Positions 1-11,550 of a stretch of DNA of 64,000 nt are shown in pieces. How positions within the stretch are numbered: the first letter of the stretch is position 1; every line of letters starts with the position of its first letter. Location: assembly GCA_030704615.1 (NCBI GenBank), contig CM060732.1, forward strand, positions 66,092,001 to 66,156,000, given 5' to 3'. The position numbers and the translations under genes were made by a program. The DNA is from Takakia lepidozioides (lineage: Eukaryota; Plantae; Bryophyta). The notes under the pieces were generated by a model. That model did not search any database and was not told where the DNA came from. It was given only the letters and a program-made list of their open reading frames with translations.

Positions 1-1113
1 TCAAAGCTGAATTTGAGTCAGATGTTGGATCGGAATGCCCTTGTCAGTATGTATTGCAAGTGCAGGAGTGTGAGGATGCACTCAGTGTTTGACAGAATGC
101 CACAGCGAGATGTGGTCTCATGGACTGCGATGAGTGGATGGATGTGCACAGAGTGGTCATGGTGAGGAGGCTTTCAAACTCTTTCGACAAATGCAAAGAG
201 AGGGTGTGAAGCATCCCTGGAACAGGGCAAGTGGGTCCATGCCTACATTATCAAATCTGTGTGTGAGTCAGATGTCTACGTCAGGAATGCCCTCATTGAT
301 TTGTATACCAAATGTGGGAGTGTAGAGGATGCACGGGAGGTGTTTGACAAAATTCTTAAACCAGATGTGGTCTCATGGACTGGATGATTATAGGATACGC
401 TCAGCATGGGCGTGGTCACGAGGCTCTCCAACTGTTTGAACTGGTGTGAAGCCAAATGAGGTCACATTTATTGGTGTTCTCTCTGCATGCAGCCATTTGG
501 GCCTTGTAGATGAAGGTGGTCATTATTTTCAATCCATGTGTCAAGAGCATGGCATTACACGAATACACCACTGCATGGTTGACCTCCTTGGCCGTGCAGG
601 GCGCTTGGATGAAGAAGATTTCATTGCCAACATGGCACTCAAACCAGGTGCTTCAGTGTGGGGGGCCTTGCTTGGTGCCTGCAGAATCTATGGAAATGTG
701 GAGTTAGCAGAGTGTGCTGCAGAATGTATTTTCAAGGTGGAATCACAAGATGTATACATTTGCCGTTGGAGATAGATCTCACCCACAAGCAGAGGAGATC
801 TATGATGCGTTAGAGATTGACTTGGCAGATTAAGGAGGCTGGATATGTGCCTGAGACACGCTTTGTGTTGCGTGATGTGATCAGCAGATGAAGGAACAGA
901 CTCTTTACCACCACAGCGAAAAGCTGGCCATAGCTTTTGGGCTCATTAGCACACCCCCTAGGACCCCTATCCGCATCAATAAAAACCTATGTGTATGTGG
1001 GGAGCGCCGCACCAAGTTGATATCCAAAATTGTTGCATGAGAAATTATGCAAGGGATGCCATCTGCTTTCATCACTTCAACAATGGGGTGTGTTCTTGTG
1101 GGACTACTGGTAA
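1..1113 (+). pseudogene. Decayed PLS-class PPR gene with E/DYW domain (5' part lies outside the window)
   Basis: Fragments in several frames: [88 protein letters not shown]. The terminal G-DYW* (gggactactggtaa, ending 1113) is shifted by a 1-nt deletion. Many small indels; the E2/PG-box segment and CxxC are deleted or damaged. Confidence 0.9.
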
Positions 1114-1760
1114 TAATCTCAGGGTAATACAGCAGCCAGAAAACACTCCAGACAGCTGTTTTACCTACCAAACTAAAAAATATCTTTCCCCAGGTGTGTT
1201 ACCCACCTTCTGGTAAGGCCTTAAAGTTCTCCCAAGGTTATTTCGTTATTTCCCTTGATTTAATACGAGTTACCGCATATATATAAAGAAAAATCAACCT
1301 TGTCCGGTGTGGTATGATCTTCTCCCCACCCCCCCACCCCAGGGTCCCATGAGCCTTGTGCTCGGTTAGTGATCCGGGTTTCAATCCTTCAACATGTGCC
1401 TTCAAACCGACCATTGGCCTCTAGATGGGCTGTGTTGAGCAGTAGGCTCTATAGATTCATTGGATATTAAAGAAAATTTACCTTTATCTTTATCAAAGAG
1501 GTTATTTTCTCCTCACCATAATGAAGGGCCTGATTTGTGAGAAGTAGCTTCCCGTTTTTTTTTTTTTTTTTCCTTTTCTTTCTTTTGAAAGTCTTAGGTG
1601 TCTACCTATGGTAATGCACCATGGGAATGACCCACCCCTTTTTATGAAAATTGAACATAGGTCTTAGAATTCGTCGCTAGTAGTGCGGAGCAACGTGAAG
1701 CCCTAGTTTCAGTTTCAGAAAAAGCTATAGATAAAATCAGGCTGTACCCATCATCATGTT

Positions 1761-1834
1761 GGCCTTTTAGCTCAGTTGGTTAGAGCGTCGTGCTAATAAC
1801 GCGAAGGTCGCAGGTTCGAAACCTGCATGGGCCA
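1761..1834 (+). tRNA. trnI-AAT: tRNA-Ile (anticodon AAT)
   Basis: GGCCTTTTAGCTCAGTTGGTTAGAGCGTCGTGCTAATAACGCGAAGGTCGCAGGTTCGAAACCTGCATGGGCCA. D stem GCTC/GAGC, anticodon arm TCGTG-CTAATAA-CGCGA, T arm GCAGG-TTCGAAA-CCTGC, and a T-run terminator about 10 nt downstream. Confidence 0.95.
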
Positions 1835-3121
1835 GTCGGATGAATTTTAATTATCCTGAGTCTAAATGTTTTTCGGTCATTTAGAAAGACAGAAGATGAA
1901 AAATAGATGAAATCGGAAATAAAAATGGTGTCTGATGAAATGTTTTGGTGCGGGGGGGTACGAGGGACGTTTGCCGTTGCCAACCAAACTTACACTATTC
2001 ACTCTCTTCTCTTCTCTTCCTTTCCGTGTGTTCGCTGATCAGATCACAACTCTGTCTGTCTACTTCTTTCTTGGTTCTTGCGGATCAAAGGAGCAAGTAT
2101 TGGAAGAGCAAGTAATGCGACAGGAATCGTTTCTTCTTTCTCCCTTTGTGGATTAATTTTGATTTGTGACTTCTTGGGGGGAGAGAGATCATAGAGAGAT
2201 ATCAGATATCTGTTTTCCGTTTCTCCCTGGCTGAGAGAGAGAGAGAGAGATTGTGGTTCTGCTGAGAGAGAGAAAAAAGGAATTTCCTTTGGGGTTGCTA
2301 TATGTTCTTGAGGAGAGAGGACATAGTCTATATTGTGGAAAGTTCACTTGCATTGGGTCTGGAGATCCGTCGGGTGGTAAAGAATAGTTTTTTAGCGTGT
2401 GTGTTTTTGGGTTGCATGTGAGAGAGAGAAGAAGAAACACATAAAGAAACTGCATGGTGTCCAGAGAGGGGGAGAGCGAGAGGGAGATTATACGGCCACT
2501 GGAAGCCCGAGGGGTTTATTGGGGAGTGAATTTAGCCTCAGAGGAGAGACAGAGTCTATTAACTATGACGTCTGTCCACATGCGTAGGAAATACACCTTA
2601 TGTTGCAGTTAAGAGATACATAGACGGAGAGGAGGAGATTGGGTGGATTTCAGGAACGGTAGGGGGTTCACAGAGATGGGAAGGAATGGGAGCATGGTGG
2701 AAGAAGAGGCTGAATATGACAAAATATTTGTGCCCACTTACAGTAGCTACGCGCAGACCGTGGCCTGGAATCAGCCCCCCGGTGAGTCATTTTCATAAAT
2801 TACTGCAGTTAGAACAATCAAGAAAACATGTGAGTGGGAGCTGTATACCGACCACATATCCAAGCACAAGTATGCTTTTTGTTTCTGTAAAGAAGGGTAC
2901 TCTAGAACAAGGAACAGTGTGAAGATTTGTTTTCCTCTAGAATAATCTAGTTGTCGTAGCTCTTTAGGAATTCATCTGCCATTTCTCTACTACGGTCTGG
3001 TTCTATCGGAGAGGGACGCTTTAGCAGGTTTTGATCCCTGTGTTTGACAATTGAGACTGCATATTGAATTGCAAGCATGCAAAAGTGATATTTTTACGCT
3101 AAACGATATGCAGGATCTTCC

Positions 3122-6100
3122 ATGCACCCCCAATTTCCTCAGAATACAGACTATTGTCGTGAAGCTGTGAGCAGGAGGTGTGGGGAAAAGGTGGGTGGCC
3201 TGTCACAACAGTCTCCGCCTTCCGTGCTGCCGCCCTCGAGGAGTCAACAGCTATGGCCAAGCTCTGGGGATGGCTCCTCAATGTCAAGCGTAGACAATGT
3301 GAGATTATTGGTGATTCCACTCCAGCGTTTAATTTGACCGTAGTGTTTGTTTTCAGTTGGTACAATTGCAGCTCTGACAATGTCGCCATGCACCTCTTCA
3401 CCCTTTTCCAGAGCTGTCAGGCTTGCACACGCTTTGCAAATGCAGGAGGCAAGTACACTGCAGTGGCGCCATTCTAGGTTTCATTTTTTTTGCTTGCAGA
3501 TTAACCATCATCCAAACAGCATAGGAAGGTGTCTCCTGTGCTCTTCTTGTAATAGTTGTGTTATTATAATGTGCAGCACTTCATCCCCTGCACTTTATTT
3601 TACTCTCCATGAAGAAAGAAGAACCTTCTTCTCTCTTTGGGTCTACTTGGTCCTCAGTTTACGAAAGGGGAAAACTAGACTCCAAAAAAAGAGAGAACAG
3701 GGAGGGTTAATATGTATTGGAGCATGAGCTGGGTATCCATGGTGTCTACATGGAGAGAATGTACTCATAAGACGTTGTTTGTCAGACCTTATGGTCATTG
3801 CCTCACGCCCAGTTTGAGCGGAACACAAAGGGACAGAAACTACCTTTGTCAGGGGCTGACGCCGGTAGTACGACTTACCTTGGAACAGACAATTGATCCG
3901 AGTGTTCCAGATATCCTCTAGAAATCCTTCACACAAGCATAAATCTGCTGTCTGTGATTTGCCCAATAACTAGGCCCCAAAAGGGCTTGGGCTTTTCGCT
4001 CAGCCTCGAGATTTTCAAAGTTGGTAACCAGAGGTTTGGGAACAAATACCTTGATGGATTTGAAGAGGGCATTTGCAATCCCCCTTTCCTCTCTGCATCT
4101 GTTTGCTGTTCAAAGGTAGGCTTCCTGCCCTGAGTTTAAATTTCAGTCTAGTGCCAAGAGCCCCATGTCACAGACTGGAAACAAGTTCAGGGAAGTTTTC
4201 TGCCCAAGACTTGCGGACTTAGAGTCAGATCCTTGAAAATCTCTTCTACCCTCTTCCGCCAGGGCTTAGCCTGTTTGACAGGGCGATCCCGCTTCCAAGA
4301 TATAGTGTCGATTAACTTAGGGTATCTGATATTAGTCATATGCTGCAGCTGAACCCACCCATCTTTACCTTGAATTAATCTCGTTGGGAGCTTAAGGGAG
4401 GAATGCCAAGCTCACCCCAAAAAGCCACATTAGCTGTTTTGGAGCATGCTGACATGCACTCCTTGCGCACCCCAACTTGAATGGATTGTAGAGACTTCGC
4501 CTGGTTGGAGTTATCAACCCACACTGCAGATGCGTACTCCAAGGCAGGCCTAGTAACGCAGCAAAGCATGGTTTTTTAACTTCAGAGTTGATCCCTCTGC
4601 AGTGGAAAAATTTAGTGAGACCTAACGCTTTGCGCTTGCCAGAGAGACAAGAGGATAGAGAGAATAGAGGGGAGAGAAGAGAGTGTCTAACAGCCACAGG
4701 GTTGGATGTATATGGGAGCATGTAGTATCAGCAATCAGCCTCTGTGGGCCTGCATCAAAAGCTTTCAGAGTTTCACGTTGCATTGCGAGCTTCTGAGAGG
4801 TGCTGTCACATCTTTTCCTCACCAAGTGCTATTTCTTTCACCTATGCTACATGGCCTGATGTATTTGTGTTGAAGGTGCTGATGCTTCTTCACATTGTAA
4901 GGATGAGGCGGGGTAGTATTGACCTAGGACTTTACATGAAGTTGTTTATGTGTGTTGTACATAACTTGACTGTTTGTAAAGCAGAGCACGGGAGGAGGGG
5001 CAACGAGAGATAGATTCTTTGCGTGTATATGTGGGCAGTGTGGAAGCTGCTGCTGCTGGCCTTCTCTCCCGTGTCCAAGAGCTGGAGCATTTGCTGGCCT
5101 TGTGTGGGTCTTTCTGCTTTTAGTCTGCATGGAGATGCCTTGACTTTTGCTCTCACACCAGTGCAGTGAATGGTTAGGAGTTGTTTCTCTGCACCCATGC
5201 ACAACCAACCATCAGGTCTAGTTATTTGGGCCTGTTAGGATTCGCATGTTAACTTCTTTCTCTGCCCAAGTCCAAAGTTTGTTCCAGGGATCGATTAGGG
5301 TAACTAAACCTCCATTGCTAGAGTTCATCAGGTGGGCATTTCTGCAGGCCTGTCAGGCTCCTGAATTGCATATCTGACAGACCTGAAAACCTGTGGAATG
5401 GTGTGACTTGAGTTGGCTGCCGACAGTTGTGATTTTATATACAACATTTGTGAATAAGTTAAAACTCTTTTTTGCTGATTATATATCACTTTGAAGCAAT
5501 CCTTCCTGTTTGTCAACGTGTTTCTCTCAGCATCAGTAATGAAGCAGGGGCAGGATATGGATCAACTGAGGGGCAAAGTGGCTACAGCAGCAACAAGAGA
5601 GGTGCAAAAGCATGCAGCTGCAGCAGCATATGCTGTTTCGGCTGCTCGTGAAGCCACTATGGAGGTTGACAAGGTGCAACTGATGTGACCAGTTCATGAC
5701 CAATTATTAGAGGGGAAGTCTAACTAAACAAAATTCTAATGGGAGCATACCTTGGTGTGTTCCGGGGAATGCATGAGCTAAACTGTAGGGAGCTTTTCCT
5801 CGTGGCAATTGTGGTAGGGCAACGAGTAAGATAACCATGAGTGGTTGATGCTTGATTTGAAGGTGCATGAACGATGGGGTGCATTATAAAAGGCTTCCGT
5901 AAGAAGATGATTGGGAAACAAAGAAAGGAGTTGTGACAGAGGACCTGCAGAGCATTTGCAATGTTGCTTTTGGAGTCTAGAGTCTGTTGTCGATAAAGTC
6001 TGGATGTAATCCTGTTCTCCGCAGGTGAGGCGGGAGACCCATGCATTGACAAAGGCTCAGCAGGAAGAGATTGAGCGACTCACTGTAGAAGCTGCTGAGA

Positions 6101-9100
6101 ACCGTATGCTATATGAGGTACATTCTGTGAAGAATTTCCAATAGCTTTTGGCTGTTCCATTCTGTTCCAAACCATGCAATATACCAGCTCTGCAGCTGGC
6201 AAGATTGAAGTTACAGTCTCCCAAGTAGATTCGATATACACACCATACCCATGTTTAGAAGGAGAAGGAAGCATGTCATGGGGTGATGTTTGCATGCAGG
6301 CAAGGGACAGGCAAATCCAAGACTTGATGGATCAATCAGAGAAGCTGGTATGTTTCATGTAGCTTTGCTGTACATAGATGGGCTGTAGGTTTCACTTGTG
6401 ATTGCTTTTGAGATTTAGCAGGAATGTGTCACAATAAGAAATGAAATGAAATGGTACTTTATAACGTCCGTGGAAAGCTCAAAGAGCTTATGGGACAAAA
6501 CGGACAAAAACACGAGAGGGGAGACAAAACCAACGCCAAAAAGCAGCCCAAAAGCAACTACTGCTCAAGGAATTGAGAGATGAGAGAGAGAACACTCTGG
6601 CTGAAGCCAGTGTAAATAAAGCCGCTTCCCCTGGCCAGCAGAGTACAAGAGAAATGAGATTAGACAATCAAAGGATTCCAGATTGTCGTCAGCATACCTG
6701 GTTTGAACTTCATACCTTTCAGCTAATAAATACATTTCAGATATAAATCTCTTCTCAAATTCTACAAATCGAAGATAGATAGACATTGGTGAAGGCCACA
6801 TCTCTACTGTACTATTTCGACCACTGTAATATTATCTTGAGCATGGTAATTGAATGTTCAACACTTTTCCTTTTCCTATGATGTTACAGCAACGGCGGCT
6901 GGAGCAGCAGTCCAACAAGTTAGAGGAGTTTCAGACAGGGTCTAAAGTGGAGTTTGCTGCCCTTCAAACGAAGTATGAATCTATCAAGGTGCACTCCACA
7001 TCTCATCTTGTTCACTTGAAATTGCAACTTGGTACCAAATTTATCTTGATCTCAGCCCCTTCTCATTGTTTGTGGAAGTCGGATGCGGCGTTCTATCAAA
7101 ATGCACCATGTTTTTTCTTTCACTGCCTAAAGCTTGCTGAATTCACCTTACCAAAGCCTTCCTGCCTAAATTTATCTAAATTTCCTGTTTCGGATCTCCA
7201 CTTTCAATATCTTACCTTTTCTTTCACCCTAGAATTTATTTTCAACATGTTTTATGATTCAACTCTAGCGGTCTCTTGTAGCTGTCTCTTATAGATATTA
7301 CATTTCTTCCTTTCGGAGATCTGGGGACAATACTATTGCCTATTCCGGGACAGCCAATTCCTTGCTGAGGGCTTTCATTGCGAGGATCAGGTATGCTTGG
7401 CAGCATATCTGTATGAGGCGTTCCATCTCATGAATAGTTGTTTTTGGGTTGCTTGTTCAGGGCCCCACTTTCTTGTCCCATAAGCTCCTCGACCTTCCCA
7501 TGGAGTTTCTTTCTTTCTTTCTCTCTGGTCCCTCTTCCACCTTTGTTCCACCCAAACTGGGCGTGGGGTCTGTGGCCATGAGGCTACAGCGAACAATGTC
7601 TTATGTGTACAATCTCCGGTCCCTCTTTTCTTTATCTTTCATTCTCTTTTTTTTCTGTTTTTCCAGGAGAAAAAGGTGAAACACCCAGATCAAACTTTGA
7701 CCTGTCTCCCTCTCTAAATGTCACGAGTCTTTTTTCGACCCTCTGGGCCTCCTGTCACATAGCAAATTTCTTTCTTCTGTTCCTCCTCGTGATGTGTAAT
7801 GAGAAGGAGCCCTTTGGGTAATATTAACCACTGAGGTGATGTAGCAGGCAGCAGCAAAAGAGAAAGCAAGTCAATGCGCTGGGCTGAAGAAGGCTCTTGA
7901 GTTAAGAAAAGTTGCTCTGGGTACTGCTGAGCAGAAACTGGAAAATGTTCTGTCGGAAAAAGAAGATGTTGTCCTTCAGAATGAGCTTTTAGAGCAGCAG
8001 GTGTGTACTTCCTACCCTCAAGATGAAATAAATTTGGTTTCAATGTCTGTTGCCTGCTTTTGCATGAAGGCCATGGAAGAGCCAAAACTGCATGGACTGA
8101 CTAGTCCATGGACAATTACTGACAGTCATCTGATTGTGAATGATAGATATGCTGGACACACTAGACATCCCGTAAAGCATCAAAGTATCAGGATCAGTGT
8201 GATTGGAGTATCTAATCCTTGGGTCCTTCTACTACATGTAGGTCAAGGAATTACAGGGCCAGGAGGTAACAACCACCATAGCCCACTATGATCACGAGCT
8301 TCGCAAGGTTGCTCTGTTCCCATGAGTTCAGTCCATTATCACAGTATTGGTCCTGGGATGTTGAGATTTATGATGCCAGGTTTAGTGTCTCAGTTACTTG
8401 TGAGCTTATGGTCCTAATGCAACCTTTTGGCAACCTTCTGAAGGACGTTGAGACCCTTTCGAGAAACACATTTTGAGCAAATGCATACTAAATTAAGCAA
8501 AGCTTGTCCTCCCAATTATTGCATGTTGATTATTTGAGGGAAAAGCAGAATTTGTGGTGGAATCATCAAAGTATGGACGTAATCAACTCAGAAAGATGGA
8601 AGGAGAAAATATCCACCTTTGTCTAGAGGACTGGAGTGGAACCATTGGTTGTTTCTATGGGCATTCAAACCAACCCAAATGAAATGAAATGAAATTATTC
8701 AACAGTCGTCCCACATAACTGTTTACTTGGTGTATGGTATTGCAGTTGTAGAAACTTTCCAAAGGTAGATTCTTCCATAGATAGTTAATTAAGGTAAAGG
8801 TCAATTTCTTTCCCTGCAAAACTAGTTCACTGCACCATGTGGGCAGCCTGAGTTCTATTGGTTGGACATCTTTAGCTGTCCTGAGCCTCACAGGTTTCCA
8901 TGCTTGAAATCACGGTAACTGCATGGCAGTTTAAGGAATTAAGTTAACGAGTATGTCTTGTATGCAGGTACGAGCTGCACTAGGGGGGGAAAAGGCACAA
9001 CTTTTGACTGAATTGGTAAGCTCCTAAAACACTGACTAGTCTCTGTGAAAACTCAATCTCATCTTTATCTGCTGACAAGTATGTAGGCCAAAGTTTCTGA

Positions 9101-11253
9101 TTCCATTTCATCATAACTGTGTTATAGTTTCAGAGTTTCTGCCAAAGGGACATCAAGTCTTTAAAAGCATTGATTGTGACTTCAGTACCATGGTAACCAC
9201 ACTAGTTTACAGGGTGAGTCTTGTTGTTGTAGGCACTTATTTTCTGTTATTCTGTTGGTGATCTCATATAGGTAGTACATTGGCATACATTGTTTGCCCT
9301 TGCCACAAGTTATAGTACTAAAAGGGCATCACTCGCTTCTCTTCTTCTGGGAGAGTTAGTGGTGGACAAACCTTCATCACCTTTTGCAGATTTTTCTAAG
9401 AGTGACTTTTACATCAGGGAAAGTCTTGGTTTGGAGGCAGGCTCAGCTACGGCGCGGCAACCAGACATTGCGAGGGGAGGTGGCAGATTGGCAGGACAAG
9501 TTCAAGGCCCTGAGCCAACAGTTCTTGGGGCTTGACTCCCTCTCGAACCACACAGAACAATCTTCGAATAGGCTGTTAAAATCAAGGCTTGGTGATTTTG
9601 TTGCTGCCAAGAACGACTACTCGCTTCTCAGCAGCATAGTCAAAGGAGATTGTAGTATGCTTTCTTCCCATGAAGTATGTTACTGCCTTTCTATGGATTA
9701 ATTGCACGTTAAGTGTGTATTTGTTGTCCTTTGTGGACTGAACTCAGAAGAAATAAAGTTGCAAGACTGACAATCAAATAGAAGAGATACAAACAAATGG
9801 ATAGAAGAGTCTTGCAACACTGACACTGATGCTGGCTCTGACATGCAGCTAGACAGGAAGAGAGATCCACAGGACGGTTATTCATAGTAGGACCTCACTA
9901 ACCAGGGTCTGAAAGAGACAATTAATGATTTCTTTTGTATGATTTCTCAGTGAATTGCCGATAAGCAGTCTGACAGAAGCTTTGCATCTGCCTGTTACAT
10001 CAATAAACCTATCAGTCTCCTTACCTGCTCTTTTGACATTGCAATGTGACTGTACTGAACCCATGTACAGTTGAGGGATCGAGTAGCAGTGTGGGTGGCA
10101 TTATGGGCTCTAATGTCACAGCAATGTCAGGCATTGACACTCGATTGTATGGTACCCAGAGTGTCACAGGCCGTGCTTGAGCATTAGGCATTTACAGGCT
10201 GAGTTTCCAGACCCTAGTACCATGACTGGCACTGGGAGGACTTGCACAGACTAGGCTTTGAGGGACTGTCTTACCAAACATTCATAAGGAATGGTCAATG
10301 AATGCGTGGTATCAAACTCAATACAGTTTAACTATCGATGCAGAAGTGTCGTCACTAGGTATTCGAACTTGATGAAAAATAACTAGTTGAGTAAAATGAT
10401 CCTGTCACAGGAGGAGGTTGAGGAAGGGCGGTTGAGTGTGTCATCCAGTGCATCAATGGCAGGGTCAACGAAGGACAAAGAGATCTCGTATGCAAGACAC
10501 AAACTGGAGGAGTTTTGGTCACTGGATCTGAATAGCAACAGCACACAGGGAGTTCAAAATGGTAGCAATTCTCCAGAGCAGGCCTATGCTGGTTTCAAGG
10601 GGGACATTGGGATACATGCTCTTACAGGACGGAGCGCCAGGAAGCAGCAGGTACATCTCTGTGATCATGAGAGACTGATATGCTGCAAACCAGAGAACAA
10701 AGCGTCCTCCAGCCTTGAAGCCTAAAGTTGGTTTAGTTGAAATGTAGAGTGATGTACACCTTCAGCCACTGTGACAGCCATTCTTAAGTTGCCTGGGATG
10801 AATATGTCCTATCACTCCATATGGAATTCCAGGATTGGTTTATGCACCATGAATATGAAGTGTCTGGGACATCAGGGATGATAGTGTCATTTATCAGACA
10901 GTACCTAAATTATGGCGTCTGCTAGTTCTCTATTCAGATTGTTACTTAATCTGCACTTATTCAGAGAAGTAGCTCCATGGAGTGTAAGGGGAGCTATTGA
11001 TTGACTTGGTGGGATTCAATGGGATCCTGTTATGTCTTTATCCATGTATTTCTCAGGTTACTGTGTTGTTTATCTTTGGGCACTCCAATCACAGTGAGTT
11101 AATGAGTATCGTTTCGCAGTATCAAAACCCAGGACACACCAACGCAACTGAAAGAGCGGAAAGTGTGGAAGGTGATCAGGGAGAGGTTTGCCTGGCTTTG
11201 AAAGATGCGAACCTTCTTGCTGCAGCTCAACGTGAGATTTTAAAGCTGAAGGA
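3122..11253 (+). CDS. Uncharacterised multi-exon coiled-coil protein (start and 3' end uncertain; may continue to ~13100)
   Basis: Series of short AG/GT-bounded exons with helical, E/K/Q/A-rich peptides: ~5532-5673 (KQGQDMDQLRGKVATAATREVQK), ~6025-6117 (QEEIERLTVEAAENRMLYE), ~6299-6347, ~6890-6988 (RLEQQSNKLEEFQ), ~7847-8000 (LKKALELRKVALGTAEQKLE), ~8968-9014, ~9418-9651, ~10411-10650, ~11120-11253 (AAAQREILKLKE). No family recognised. Confidence 0.6.
3750..4630 (-). mobile_element. Degenerate 3' portion of a non-LTR retrotransposon (RTE/L2-like LINE) in an intron
   Basis: Minus-strand peptide RPALEYASAVW...LQSIQ...KTANVAFWGELGIPPL, typical of the region C-terminal to a LINE RT; contains stops. 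Its 3' end (~3750-3815) recurs elsewhere in the window. Confidence 0.7.
6438..6580 (-). repeat. Dispersed retroposon-like repeat with (CATTT)n tail (family B)
   Basis: (GAAAT)n-ggtactttataacgtccgtggaaagctcaaagagcttatgggacaaa...aaagcaactactgctcaagg. Related copies at ~51637-51685 and ~60342-60470, and inverted at ~7355-7500. Confidence 0.7.
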
Positions 11254-11484
11254 GGTATGGATTGGCTGATCATCTACGTCTCTGTTATGATCTGTCCGTT
11301 GGTCTGAGTCCTGTCTCTCAATAAGGTCCCTCCTTTCTTACTTTGTTCGCATGGATGTTATAATTGTTTTCTTTCTCTAAAGTACCTTTCATTTCATTTC
11401 TCTCACTGGTCATTCTATCCTTGTGCAAGGCTTCAGGCCTGGCGGCCTGGTTTTCTAGTGTCATTTTATTTCTTTATCACGCAT

Positions 11485-11550
11485 TCTGGGCGCGGGGTCA
11501 ATGGCCACAAGGCTACGGCAAACAACGTCTTATGAGTACAATCTTTATCA
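11485..11550 (+). repeat. Dispersed short repeat matching the LINE 3' end (family A)
   Basis: ctgggcgcggggtcaatggccacaaggctacggcaaacaacgtcttatgagtacaatc. Similar copies at ~7555-7620 (+), ~3752-3815 (-), ~50940-50995 (-) and a partial copy at ~38290-38320 (-). Confidence 0.75.
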
